64,000 nucleotides of DNA from Octopus sinensis (GCF_006345805.1 NC_043003.1:85870001-85934000); one strand, 5' to 3'; counted from the stretch's first letter, positions 26,216 to 41,217 are shown. Translations and numbers: made by a program. The notes: generated by a model from the sequence alone, not told the origin.

Positions 26216-28709
26216 GACTAAAATCTAAAAACCACGACTAACATCAAAATCATCATCTCTCTCGTGATATATAATTTTAATTATTTCCCTCAATATTACT
26301 CTTGTCTTCTTTATTCGTGTAGAATGCATCAGCAGCAGAGTTATGACTAACTTTATACATCAGAAGTTTGAAAACTACTCATTCAACTAATTAATCATGT
26401 GATTTGTATTGCCCAGATTTTGTGTTGTTGAAGATGAAACAATTTTTGATGGCATCTACAAAATGTCCGCTTTATAGTTAACATTTTGTTTTTGAGAGCA
26501 ACTTGTGATACAGAGGTTTTTTTAGGGACATAAGCAGAATATAGAGTAATAGCAGAATAATAGGATAAGTATTTAGCGTTAATAAAAACCTATTGATTAT
26601 TTCATAATGTTTTCGTAAAAGAGTTTACAAACACATATCATCCCTGTGATTTGTCTAATTATATATTTAATTCACAACTACAATTGAGGACATTTCTATA
26701 TATCTAAAAACAAATTGCTCATTACAAATCGGACTATTTTTATGGAAAATCGATACACACACGGCGCACACAGACAGTCAGATAGACAAACAGACAGACA
26801 GACACACGCACACACGCACGCACAAGCACACGCATGCACGTACTCGTGCACACACCCACGTCCATTCAGTTTTACAAGGAAAACTGATTGGGACTTTCTA
26901 ACCCTCATCAGAAAGGTGTACTTTGGTTTTCAAGTCACATACATAGTGTTTTTGGCAGGGTGCTTCTTTGGCGGGTGGAGCAATTTATAAGAAAATTAGG
27001 TGTGGCAAAAAGTGAGATTTTTAGGCCCCCAAAAAAGGCTGGATTGCAAGAAGAGATGGTGAAGAACAGGAAAAAACTAGTATATGATTGTAGGGTATGA
27101 GTAGAATGGAAGTGATGGTGAAGATAATCTTTTTCTAATTTGTCATTATTTGGGTCCAGTCAGGCATGTGTGCAGACACAGTACACGTATACATTTACAT
27201 ATGCACATATATACACGAGTGTATATATATTATATATATATGTGCGTGTATATATATTTATACATATATATATATATACATATACATACATATATATGTA
27301 TACACACATATACATACATATATATGTATACACACATATACATACATATATATGTATACATACATACATACATACATACATATACAAGCATGCACACACA
27401 AACACACACACATATACATATATTTATTTATATATATTTATAGATAAATATATATATATATACATACATTCTGAAACTTCACCATTGTGAGTTGAATTTG
27501 CCTTCTATTCGCTTCCCACTTAGAGCTGATTAGACACATCTAGGCATATAACGTCAGCTGCATGGCCTTCGCCGCAAATTTTCGATCTTGTTATAAGATA
27601 CGAAATGATTAAACATGAAACACTGAAACTTATAACAACGCAAAACGAAAAGGTGGTAACCTGTCAGAAGCAATAAAATACCCGATTTGAGGTACCTTGC
27701 TTCGTTTCTTCACGCAGCGTTTTCAAATTTGCCTACATATTTACCATTTATTGCTCTATGGTTCCTAAAATATCTGCAAGGAATATACCAGCAAGGGTAG
27801 CTTTGCTTGATAATACTGTTTTACTTCGCAGCTAATATTGTACTTAAAGAAAAATACAAAACAAACTAAAGTTCCGCCTATCAAAGAAATAAGCTATCGG
27901 GACATGACTGTGGATAATTCTTTTACAACAGGCCAACGAATCGAATGTGTAACAGAGCAGAAAGAAACAGACAAATCAATAACACTATATTTCGGGGAAA
28001 AGCCTTTTGACAGAATATGATATTCATTGATTTCAAGCCATAAATAAACATCAATCCTATACGCTTCAATAATTCCGAAAACAAGAGGTTAATAAATATA
28101 GTGTTAATCTAAAATGAAAGTAACAAATGCCGGTATCCATATTTTCATGGATTCATATTTCGCAATAAAGGCGGAAAATATTGTAAAAATACAAATAATA
28201 ATTCCTATTGCATGAGTATACTTTAAAGGGGGAATCAGTTGTCGTATTGTTTATAATTTTCCCAAGGGTGAAAGAAGAGAATTGTGTGAGAGAAGAGTAT
28301 TGTGAGATAGAAGAGAATTGTGTGAGAGAAGAGAATTGTATGTGAGAGAAAAGGGTCGGCTTCGAACTGATACTGAGACCTGTAAGTTGACTTGGCATGG
28401 ATTAAATCTTATTGTACGACGATGTAAGGAAGATAAAGGAGAAATGTATGTTCAATAAGTTAAAAACCGGATTCTTTAGTTGGCAAAAGTGAATGATATA
28501 ACGAAAGACTTGTCGACATTATTAGTCATAAACACGTTAGTCTATATAATATACATATAATATCGGTCAAATTGTTAGCTAGACAAAAGATTATTCAGTG
28601 AAACAAACACGTACATACATGCAGACAGTGGAGGTTGCTCACATGCAGGCATTCTGTATAATGCTCACGCATAAAAACAGGTAGGGCTGAATGGGATGGG
28701 GAGAAGCAT

Positions 28710-28850
28710 AGGGAGTAATATTTCTTAAGGGCTACCGGAGAAAATCTTTCAAAGCCGAATATAAACGACGTTGCTTCTTGTGTTTCTTGGAGTGACATGT
28801 CCCTTGGTGGGCAGATATAGTTAAAAGGATAGCCACACTGGTTAGAAAGA
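28710..28850 (-). pseudogene. Possible PLE endonuclease C-terminal relic
   Basis: HQGT..FIFGFERFSPVALKKYYS resembles EQRLIFxLxTLxPxGLN. Confidence 0.35.
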
Positions 28851-29015
28851 ATGACTAGATATATTGAAAGAGTGAGCTATGAGTTCGCGGGTGTGCGTTA
28901 GTGAATACTGCAAAAGTGGACATTGAGAACTATCACCCAAGTGATGAGTAGTTTTATCAGTATAGAGTAGCATGCAGAATTTATGTAACATGTGAGGTTG
29001 AAAGTCATGTGACTA

Positions 29016-29076
<61 letters not shown>

Positions 29077-29981
29077 GAAATATGTTACGAAAAGAAAATA
29101 TAAAATACACGTGGAAATGTAAGGCTAAAATATGAAAAATCAACGAAAATGCATATTGCAAATAGAAAAAGGCTATTTATGACAGGTAACAACAAATATA
29201 TGCATTTAGATTGACTGAGGTAGTAATACGAGTCATAAAAGTCATTATTATGAGATGATTATAAGATGATAATAAAGTAAGAGAACAAAACGAACCAATG
29301 GTTTACGCAAAGCTATTCATCGTTTGAACAACACCGGTTAAAACATATATATATATATATATATCCATGCATACACACACACACACACGCACACTTCCCT
29401 CTATCTAAAGTGATAAGTGGTACGTTTCAATCTATTCTTTCTTTTATATTGGTTTCATTAACTGAATATAATTCACACGTTTGCTCACACATGCTTCCTC
29501 AAACATCTCAGGGGTTGTTGAAATTGCAGAAACCTTTCGCTTTCTTTCTTTCACTCGCTCCTCTTTTTTTTTCTCTCTCTCTCTTTCTCTTCTGTCTTCT
29601 TGTGATGTCAGCATACCACTTCTTCCTACTTCCACTTTAGATTTCCAGATTTCTTTTCCTAGTACGGCCAGCATGCACCCCAGCTTCTAGTGCCATACTT
29701 CTAATTTTCTCAAGGACATATTTTTCGAACACCTAACTTTATTTTCTCTTTTCCCTTCAAGCGATGCACTTGTACCCCACTCTTTTGCGTTGTTTTAATA
29801 TATAGGCTAAACCCCATATTTTTCGGGTTCCTTTGATTTTCACTGCACAAAACAACTGTTTATTTTTCACTTCTTTTATATTTCTCTCATGTGCATCAAT
29901 CTCTAACAACCATATTTGATATGAGTTGGCGTTGTGGTGGCTTTCAGTAATGTCAAAATATGTCAAAATCAAGAAAATCCA

Positions 29982-30109
29982 TAGCTCAGCAGCTGATGAT
30001 GGGCCTTTTGGTCTTTTTCCTTCTATTTTACTCTTCTTTGCAATATATGTTCTATTTATTTGCTCACTTCTTTCTCTCCATTCTTCACGGCCGAAACAGC
30101 TGTCAGCTA
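29982..30109 (+). ncRNA. Split hammerhead-like motif in a probable PLE terminal repeat
   Basis: tagct..CTGATGA tg ggcc [83 nt] ggcc GAAA cagctg TC agcta. Confidence 0.5.
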
Positions 30110-30441
30110 CAATGTAAATGTATTTCTATTTCTATTTCTATGTCTTGTTATATTTGTACTATATTAATGTATAATATCATTGCTATTGTGTAATGGTTTA
30201 ATAAAGTATTGATTGGGTATTATCTGATGGTTGATGATTGATTTAGATATATTTCTCCATTTTCTCATTTTGTATTATTAATTTACGGTAAAAATAATTT
30301 TACCTTTGCCCACATAATACAGTAGATGAATTAATTGCATCGCAATTTTTAACATTTATGTATTAGCTTTGTTGGGTACTTCTCTAGCAGTATATTGGAT
30401 ATATGTTATCCCATGGAGGGTTGAATTTACAACCCCTGTCT

Positions 30442-30483
<42 letters not shown>

Positions 30484-30997
30484 CGTACGTATAATATATC
30501 TAGTAGTAATGGAGAAAGACAACCAAGAGATTTGCATTTGTTTGTACTAAAGTAAAGATTTTTTAGTCCGAAAAACTTATAGGATTCATAATGATGTATT
30601 CGTCTTTTATATAGTTACGAGTGGGCATTTCTTTCATATATTGTAATTTGTGTATAATTAGTGAATTTTTCACACCTAATGTTATCGTTGCATTGAATTT
30701 GTACTAAAATACTTCTGTGGTTTCGTTTACAAGTCTACTAAATAGCTGTTGTTAATTACTGTGTTTTATTTATTATTCTGTAGATTTCTTCATTTTGTAG
30801 TTCAAAATACAGAAGTATCTACATGACTGCCTCTCTGACAGTTTGTAGGTGTGTAAAGATTCACTATTTACATGTAGTTGCGCACATATTACATATATAT
30901 ATATCTCTCTCACTCGCTCTCTACCCCTCTCTCTGTCTATACATTTAAATATATGCATATATACATATATATAAATATACATATAAAAAAAATAATA

Positions 30998-31231
30998 AAT
31001 GCACCCTTTTAAAGCCTAGCCAGGCTCATGAGCCCGGTTTCCCGGTTTCTATGGCGTATGTGTTCCCCAGTCCATCGCAGCGTTACTCATTTTTGCCAGC
31101 TGAGTGGACTGGAGCAACGTGAAATGAAGTGTTTTGCTTAAGAACACAACGCGTCGCCCGGTCCAGGAATCGAAGCCGCAATCTTACGATCATGGTGCTG
31201 ATACCCTAACCACTAAGCCACACGCCTCCAC
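30998..31231 (-). mobile_element. SINE head/core D + tail T2
   Basis: tRNA-like head; tail gaaaccgggaaaccgggctcatgagcc. Confidence 0.85.
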
Positions 31232-31930
<699 letters not shown>

Positions 31931-31977
31931 TAGTGGCTGTTTAAGCAATAAGTTCGTGGATGATTAATGGGTTGGAT

Positions 31978-32025
31978 GGGTGCTGGTGAAGGAGCAAATA
32001 CTCCTGAAATATGTCCTATACGCCT
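31978..32025 (+). ncRNA. Hammerhead-like motif (A6G)
   Basis: gggtg CTGGTGA aggag(caaata)ctcct GAAA ta(tgtcc)ta TA cgcct. Confidence 0.5.
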
Positions 32026-32291
32026 ATTACCCATTTTATTTTATCATCGTGTTGTTCACACCAGACATCTTGGATACGAAACGTTGTAACAAAATCAGTG
32101 CTAGCTATATTATAGAAAATATGTAGAGATAACATAAGCAAGTAATGTAATAGTTCTGCTAACACAGTACACTACGGTACTGACTTATTAAAGCGTTTAA
32201 TATACTTTGTAGTATATTATGGTTGCATAACGAAATAGGCTACTTCGGGCTGCCGCTTTCTCTATTGCGACGTAGGGCTGCGAGTCGTCGA

Positions 32292-32660
32292 CAATGTTGA
32301 AGGCAGACGAGAAAATAGTGAGCGCTTTTGAAATGTGGTGTTACTGCAAAATCCTTAAAGTGCCATGGACGGAGAGAAGGATGAACAACTGGTACTAGAA
32401 AAGCTCGGTTGCGAGATAACGCTTCGGCGAAACATAACGAAGCGGAAGCTACGGTTCTTTGGCCATGTCATGCACCGGGATGGACTTGAGCGAACGATCA
32501 TAACTGGCAAGGGGAACTGCAGATGTAAAAAAAAAAAAATTGCAGCCACAGGATTGTCTTTATTCTCAGCTGTCCATAGGGTGGAGGACAGGTGAAGGGG
32601 GCAAGACATCATTTTGACCACAGCATCGCATAGTGCGACACCTGACTAGGATGATGATAA
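32292..32660 (+). pseudogene. RTE-clade LINE 3' fragment
   Basis: SAFEMWCYCKILKVPWTE..RKLRFFGHVMHRDGLERTIITGK. Confidence 0.85.
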
Positions 32661-33316
32661 ACGAAATACAGTGTCCCTACGTCATAAATATTCAAGTTAT
32701 CTGTATACTATAATGTACTGTGTTGTGTAGTACATCATAGTACATCTATAAATGCTCTAAACGTATTGAAATTATAAATGTTCAAGAAACGTAACTTCAT
32801 TTATCATCAAAAGTTAGAATCACGAACACATATACACGTGAATCTTACCAAAATTGGCAGTACTGGGTCGTTGATAATAATAACTGATGTTTTAGAGTGG
32901 CCAGAGGTTATTCGTGTTCTTGACAGGAAGTGTTCTACAGTGAAACAGGCTTTGTATGTTACAGTAAAGTATTTGATATATTTTAATGTTCAAGTTCTTG
33001 TATCGAAAAATAATTTTAAACTGTGCAGGGAAGTAATAACCATAGAAGTATAGTCACAAGAGGTTTCAGTATAAGAGACGCCTGTCAATTACTTATTCTT
33101 TAATGCTTGGTTTATATAGCAATTAAAAATGTAAGCTCACAATTACACACACAACACACACACACACACACACATACACACACACACACATCTGTATACA
33201 TATATGCACACCTAGTATGTGACATATTCACGAATATCGCTCTTATTTTATGTCACGTACACAGTCATACATACTTACTCACAAACACACATACATACGT
33301 ACACACGCGCGTATGC

Positions 33317-33347
<31 letters not shown>

Positions 33348-33350
<3 letters not shown>

Positions 33351-34123
33351 ATATAATAAATGCGAAAACTAACTTTTGTGTGTCAGTGTGTCACACTTAG
33401 ACTCCTTCTCTCACTATTCAATGACTCTCTTACTATTCCACATGATGAGGTGAGAATAATAGTAGGTGAGGGAGTAAAAATAAGAGAGAAAGAAAGAGTG
33501 GGTATGTGAGAGAAAAGAGGGACTGAACACTGCAGCAACATGCTAACATACTGAACGAACACACACACATTTAACCTTTTTGTAATGGTAATGGGGTGAT
33601 AGTAATAGTATGAGCTGTAGTTGTGATAGAGGCGGAAGCGGTGGGGATGATGGTGGCGGTGGTGGTCAGGGATGACGTTGAGAGTAAGCGATTTGAAAGG
33701 CAGTGGTGATGGGGAAAGGAGGCAAAGTTAAAAGTATTGATGGTGGTGGCGTCAGAAGTTTGAATGGTGTATTTATAGCAGTTGTGGTGACGATGGTGAT
33801 GGTACTGGTGATGGTGACGGTTGAAAACAACCAAGATAAATAGAGAGAGAAAGAAAGAGGTTAGACAGAAAAAAAAATTGTACTGACCCCCGAATGGGAA
33901 GACAAAAAATGTTTATCATGCAGCTTTGCAATCAGTTCCAAGCCGACAAATGATATCATTGTTTCGATGAAAATTGTTCATTGCTTGGAATATATTGATC
34001 AAGTTCAATAAACTTTAAGATGTACCCAATGCATGAAGTGTCATTGTTGTGTCCAAGACCTAATGAAGAGCTCTCCACAGGAGCTAGCTCAACAGCCGCC
34101 CTAACGAGCAGCTTTTAAGCTAC
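33348..34123 (+). mobile_element. Non-autonomous Helitron-like element, copy 1
   Basis: Homologous end to end to 51056-51781 (-); 3' hairpin agccgccc-taac-gagcagct followed by aagctac|t. Confidence 0.7.
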
Positions 34124-34146
34124 TGCATATATGTAATTATGAATGC

Positions 34147-34311
<165 letters not shown>

Positions 34312-34329
34312 ATATATATATATATATAG

Positions 34330-34495
34330 TTGAAATTTATAGAAAAACAAAAGACAAAGACAGGTATATTAGTTTGATACTCGGGAAAATGAAAAAAGTC
34401 TTTTACGTTTCGAGCCTACGCCCTTCAATAGAAAGGAATAAGAGAAAATAAACAGAAGGAGAATGAAAAAAAACTTATGTATTTAGCGTTCAAGT
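34330..34495 (-). mobile_element. PLE-type terminal repeat with degenerate hammerhead (34400-34435); related copy at ~37690-37790 (+)
   Basis: cttt CTATTGA a gggc(gtag)gctc GAAA cg TA aaag; second copy CTGTTGA a gagc(gtag)gctc GAAA. Confidence 0.55.
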
Positions 34496-35244
34496 ATAAT
34501 ATATATATATATAATACTTACACATGCATATATGAATAAATATATACGCATATATGTACATATACACAAACGGGCATATACTTAATATACTCAATATATG
34601 TAGTTAGAGATAGATTGATACTGATATAGAGAGAAAGATACATGTTGACGCTACCATTGTCCTTTTTAAAATTTTTGTCAGATTTCTAAAGAAGAGAGAA
34701 TTCTCCATATGTTGTCGCTATAATAAACTGCAGAATCAGCAAAGCAAGAGTATTGCATTAGTATAAATGCATTGGTGTGCAAGAAGTGAATGTATCGTTA
34801 AAAGTTGTATAACTTATTTCAAAATTATGTTTAAATAGAAAATGTCAACTAGTTTTTCTTTGTTTGCTTCTATTCATCCAAGCATTAAGTAAAACAGTGG
34901 AAGAGGAATTTTATAAAGATAGAAGCTGAAACTACGAAGGCTTCACTGTTAGTGATTTCATTATATTCATGCAAATGTAAAACTTACGCAGTTGCTAAAC
35001 CCAATAAAACACTTGTTAGATCTCTCTCAAATAGCACACTGTAGTGTAGATAAAGTGAAGTTTTGCATAGCACACTGTAGACAGACACAGTAGACTTTTG
35101 GATATACAAAAAATGATGGGAAAGTATTTGAGCATAGGTCTAGGCCAGCTTAATTAAGGAAGTACTGGGGCGAAATAAGTATGTAGTATCAGCTGATATG
35201 AATGAAAAAGCATGTTTCGAATTTTCAGTTTAGGAACTAATATA

Positions 35245-36197
35245 AGCAAAAATGCTAGTTCTGAAATCTCTCTAAGAAATAAACGCAGTAGTTGTACTAA
35301 CAAGTAAAGTTCGTAGCCTCTTCAACATGGATGTCCGTTCGAACGGATATTCATGCGATTTTTTAACCCCAAAAAGACATCTCCTGTAGCTGGTTAGCGA
35401 TGCACAGCTGCATCCGAGATATTGCGAGCAGGTGAATAAATCCTTACTCCCTTCTAGCAATGAGACCAGCAGACCAGCCTGGTTTCGGGCTATTTCTGCC
35501 TCTTTTCAGTACTGGACACCTCGTCCGCTAGAGATGGCAGTAGCTCACTTCTGCTCGCAACATCTATATAATTTCAAGCGATATTCAGTCGCTAATTTTG
35601 CAACAAGTAAAAATGCTAGTTCTAAAATCTCTTAAAGGGATCAACGTAGTAGTTGTACTAACAAGTAATGTTCGTAGCCACTTTAACATGACTGTCCGTT
35701 CGAACGGACGTTACTGCGATCTTTTAATCCCTAAGAGGACAAACCCCTTTAACTGGTTAACAATGCACAGCTGCATCCGAGATATTGCGAGCGGGGAAGC
35801 GAACCCCTACCATCTTCTAGCGACGAGATTGCAGTAAAGTCCGCTCGAACGGATAGCCACGTTGAAGTGACAACGAACACTACTTGTTAGTACAACTACT
35901 GCGTTGATCTTTTAGAGAGATCTCAGAACTAGCATTTTTGCTTGCCTCAAAATCAACGACTGTATCGCTTGAAATTATATATATTGCGAGCAGAGGCGAG
36001 CTACTGCCATCTCTAGCAGACGAGGTGTCCAATACTGAAGAGAGGCAGAAATAATCCCAAACCAGGCTGAGCTGTTGGTCCCTTCGCTAGAAGGTGGTAG
36101 GGATTCGCTTCGCTGCTCGCAGTATTTCGGATGTAGCTGTGCAACGTTAACCAGCTAGAGGAGATGTCCTCTTGGGGTTAAAAATTCGCAGTAAACG
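35245..36197. repeat. 361-bp structured repeat: ~1.6 direct copies followed by one inverted copy
   Basis: aatgctagtt at 35251 and 35612; gtccgttcgaacgg at 35333 and 35694; reverse-complement monomer ~35827-36197. Confidence 0.93.
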
Positions 36198-36773
36198 CTA
36201 ATATTTGTTTTTTCATTATTTTCTATATAGGCAATCAGTATTTGAAAAAATTCTAAAGTAAACAGTAGTCGATAGACGGCAGCAGAGCTAGTACTATGTT
36301 AGAAGAGGTGTCTCATTTATACAACCATACTGAACAACTTATTTTTGATGAAGAAAATGCTAAGGCTTCTTGTTAGCGTGCTTTCCAATTAATCAAAATT
36401 GACATCAGTGTGTAAGCCAAGCACACAAAGCAAAATGGACGAGATTTTCTGTAGCGAAGTGAAGCCATATTGAAATTTGGCCAAGTGGCAAAATTTACTG
36501 GCATGTTGAATAGTAAATTAATTATTTGAGAGTATAAAAAAAATGTAGTGATGGCGCCCGTCTTATTTTTATTTGCTTTTTTTTTGTTCTGTATATCTTG
36601 AATGGTATAAATAATTTTGTATCTTTTAATTCTTCTTGTCAGTTCAACATTATTTATTGGTTCAAAGTGTCATTAGTTTCACAATGTTCCTTACTATGAG
36701 TTGTCTATCGTCGTATGAAAGATAGAAATCATGGAATAATTTCGGTGTCTTAAAACACACAGACACACGCACG

Positions 36774-36856
<83 letters not shown>

Positions 36857-37793
36857 ACACACACCGATATTAACTTTTCACTCTATTACAATTAATTTTA
36901 ACACTAACGATTGTATATATAAATATATATTTTAACAATAACGTATTTAGAAGTTGACGATTCTAACTATTAAGGGAAGAGTAAGTAAATATCAACAATC
37001 TCATTACTTGACAAATACTTTATCTTATCGACCCTGGAGGAATGAAAGGTAAAGTTGACCTCGGCGGTATTTGAATTCAGAATGCAAAGCATCGTAAGAA
37101 ATATCACAAAACATCTTTTAGACACTTCACCAATTCTTATGATATTCAGAAAAATATAGAACCCAATAACTTTGTTATATTTTTAACACCATCTCAAATT
37201 GGTCGTAATACGCAAATTGCGTTCGATTGCCCGCTGAATGCTATTTTATTGTTAATGCGCCCTGGAGTGGATAAAGACTAATTCCTTCTCAGTATACCAA
37301 ATTTGATAAAATATATATTGCCTACCATTCTTTCAGAAAAAAATCGAATAGGTAGTAGAGTAAAATATCATAGAGTAAAAAATAACTACAAAAAATTTAT
37401 TTTATTACATTACTGTACGTTGGAGAGGCGTAAAAAGAATTTTCTGAGAGGTAAAAACTGAAAAAAAAGAGTCATTTCTCCATCAACGTGAGTTCAGTTT
37501 ATTGATACTGCTAAAACAAGGTCATGGGCACCAAACCACTTCCTCCTATAACTATATTAGATCTTCCTCCTCTAGATTCAACCTTTTTTTAAAATTATTA
37601 TCTCCCTTGCTTTCAACCTCTTTTCCCCAATCCCCCGCCATGCTGGACCGCTGAAATCTACAAGTTTTTCTCTCTCCCCGTTTATTATCTCTTATTCCGT
37701 TCTGTTGAAGAGCGTAGGCTCGAAACTTTTCCATTTTTCCCGAGCGTCAAACCAATACACTTGCTTGCTGTTCATACATCTATAAATTTTAAC

Positions 37794-37974
<181 letters not shown>

Positions 37975-38009
37975 GTGTGTGTGTGTGTGTGTGTGCGTGT
38001 GTGTACACA

Positions 38010-39070
38010 CGAGGGTTGTTCATTAAAGATTTCTCCTGATCGACTTCTAGATATTACAGGAAACGGAACTTGTACAGGTATAATTATACATGCCTCTACG
38101 TGTCACATTGTAAATTGCAGCTTTCCACTAGCATTCGTTACTCTTTTACCGAAGTGGACTTAGGTGTTGTAATGGAGGCAACTGAATGCAGATTAGTTAT
38201 CAGGTTCTTATACTTGAAAAGACGTACACCAAAAGAGATTTTCGACGAGAGGAAAAAATTCATAGTGATTATGCACCATCATGCGACGAAGTCAAGCACA
38301 GGCATCGCCAGTTCAAACTGCTCCTACATTCCGCCATTGATGACCACATTTCGCTGTTGATGACGACACCATCCTTTGAGTGGGAGCCGCCAATTTTGGA
38401 GGATCACCGCATAACTATTCAGCAACAACCCCAAGAAGTGAAGATAAGTGTAGAGTATCTGGAAAAACTTATTTGCACAAGCGGAAGTTGTCCGTACGAT
38501 GGATTACCTGGATGTTCACATCTTTTCAGAAGCAGGAACGAATCAATTGCACCCAGGCTCTTGGTAATGTGCCAAGAAAACAAGGAGGACTATTTCGCCA
38601 GACCTATCACACAGAATGAAACATGGGCCCATCACTATGATCCCGAGACAAGAGTCCAGTCAAACAATGGAAGCGTAGTAGCTCACTACCTCCAAGGAAG
38701 GCTTGTGTCCAACCCTCAGCAGGTAATGCTCAGAATTTTGGGGCCAGCGTGGAGTAATGATGATGGATTTTGTGGCAAGGGACATCACATATATTTCTGT
38801 GCTGCAGAAATTGTGGGACGCAATTGTGGGACGCTTGGCATGCTGACCAAAGGAGTCCGCCTCCTCCAATACAACGTTCCAATTCACAATACGCATGTTG
38901 CCCAGATGAAAGCACACTCCTGCGGCTATGAAATTCTAGGAAGAGAAGGGGCAAAAAAATAATAAGTAGAGAACAGATAAAGAGGGATATATTGGTTGAA
39001 AAAATGTTCAAAGGCTTGGAAGTAGATTTCTCTATTGAAGTAAAGTGTAAGGTGAACTAAATGTTCAAAC
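38010..39070 (+). pseudogene. Mariner element with decayed transposase
   Basis: Start cgagggttgtt; MEATECRLVIRFLYLKRRTPKEIF (ATG 38172); ITQNETWAHHYDPETRVQS; LLQYNVPIHN (HDNARPH); multiple frameshifts. Confidence 0.88.
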
Positions 39071-39139
39071 TATAAAGACTGGTAAAACTCACTTATATGA
39101 TCTAAAAGTATGTTTCTACCAGTGCTTACATTTGTAAGA

Positions 39140-39514
39140 TCACTCTATAAGTGTGTTAACAAGGTGATTCTTAGAGAAGAGAATATGGAAGAGTTCAGTG
39201 TTGCAAATGTTACAAAATCCTTTGCCCTTGTCATAAGGGAAAGATATGGACAGCATGAACCAATCTAACTTAAAATTCTTATTGTTGTCTTTAAGATACC
39301 AAACCAATTTATTTAGCCCTGTGCTATGATGTTTACTGCTATCCCTAAATGAAGAATAATGATTGGAAATTCTCTTAGATAACCGGGAAGTGGATGTGCT
39401 AATGTAGAAGTAGACATCGGTACCGCAAGAAATTTTACATTGGTATATATAATTCTTAATCTTACAATTATTAGACATAAATTTAATTCTGTTATGGTTG
39501 TCCTCAGAGACCAA
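39140..39514 (-). pseudogene. PLE GIY-YIG endonuclease fragment; oppositely oriented terminal-repeat remnant at ~39545-39750
   Basis: NYIYQCKI..FYISTST..KRISNHYSSF..STGLNKLVWYLKD..CNICNTE; GAAACATATGTC at 39575-39586 (+). Confidence 0.85.
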
Positions 39515-39819
39515 AATTATGTTATTCTTACTATTATTATTATTATGCCTTTGGAATAAACCAATGTTGTCTTCGAAACATATGTCAAAAGTAAAAGAAT
39601 TTGAATAAAATCCGCGTTCAACTCCATTTATTTACTTATACTATACAAATTACTGCACATTAACTCGAAGTTTCTACCTTTGAATAAGTCGCCACATCCT
39701 TGTTACTTGCGTGAATTTTGCTACCCTGGTAACTGTTTATTGAATTTTCCATGTTAACGGTAAACCAAGGATAATTCATTCATCCATTTACATATAGATA
39801 CACACACACACACACATAC

Positions 39820-39894
<75 letters not shown>

Positions 39895-39991
39895 TACATA
39901 CACACACACACATATATATATACATATACATGTATATACATATATATATATACATATACATATATACATATATATATATATACATATATAC

Positions 39992-40032
<41 letters not shown>

Positions 40033-41088
40033 CACACATACACATTCTAACATAGCCTTTACACACACGAACGCACACACACTTGTGCGCGCACATACAC
40101 ACATATCTATATGTTCATGCTATATGATTTATGTATTAAACGCTGAAAGGCAATGAGATAAACAATATAAAATAAAACCGAGGAAAGCTTACGAAACCAT
40201 CAGATAAGGCAATTATTTACTGCAAGACTTGAAGTGGTTAGTTCGTTGATAAAAAAAAAATACTGGATTACTACAGGGCATAACTCAATTTGATTGTGTT
40301 CTATTTGCTTGTAAATACATAAATATCGTCGCTTGATCTGATAACTTTGGCAAAAGTAATAATGTTAGGCTTGTGCACTGACTTCTCCTTGCTATGTTGA
40401 AAATTGAGTTAAAATTGAGTTAAAATTTGAAACGACTGGGGTTGTTTAGTTATATCTTGAAATATGTTGCGTTCTTTAATTCAAATATTGATTGTGCGCT
40501 GCTAGAGCTTTCGATAAGACAAAAAAGTTGCGTAGGAGGGTTGTACGTGATCCTGTCTTGATCTCAAGTAGTAGTTACTCTTGTTTTCATAATATTTCTA
40601 AGTTTTATGCTTACGATTTATGCATGATATAAAGAAAAGGATGCTTGATGTAAATGTGTTTAGAGAAGAAGATTGTAGAACGTATTTTATGTCAAGATCT
40701 TTTACCCACTAAATGGGATCTGCCATAAAAAGAAGCGTACTGTTTCGAAACCTTACCTACTTCACTGACAGTCGTAAAAAAAACTGTCAGTCGACTTTGA
40801 AAGAGTATGCACAGTAACGTCCGAATTAAAATCCGGATAAATGCTTGAGAGATTACTCTATCGGATGCATGAATGGTTCAGAGTTGACATAGTATTGTTT
40901 CTCATTCCATGAATCTGAATAGAAAATCATAAAAGCTCTTAAGCGCAAGTTGGCAGTTTTTATGACGTACTTTGATAGAAGTATCTGCAAGCTGGTTTAA
41001 AACCTCGTAGAAATAGCAGCCAAATTTTTCTTCAATTACATGCTACTGTAATAAACAAATGGAATATATATTGCTCAATGTAGTCCTC

Positions 41089-41167
<79 letters not shown>

Positions 41168-41170
41168 TTG

Positions 41171-41217
<47 letters not shown>

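Noticed and set aside
28273-28350. 18-bp x4 tandem repeat (also the 36-bp duplicate at ~52340-52440 and a ~29-bp duplicate at ~18440-18505)
   Set aside because: Ordinary local slippage duplications; not CRISPR.
28925-28965. Hairpin following CTGATAA on the minus strand
   Set aside because: No GAAA or stem III.
35526-35543. CTCF-like ccgctagagatggcagta in the 361-bp repeat
   Set aside because: Spacing is off by 2 nt from the consensus; it is better explained as part of the stem.
40310-40450. Possible MULE transposase C-terminus (minus strand)
   Set aside because: Similarity too faint to call by eye.
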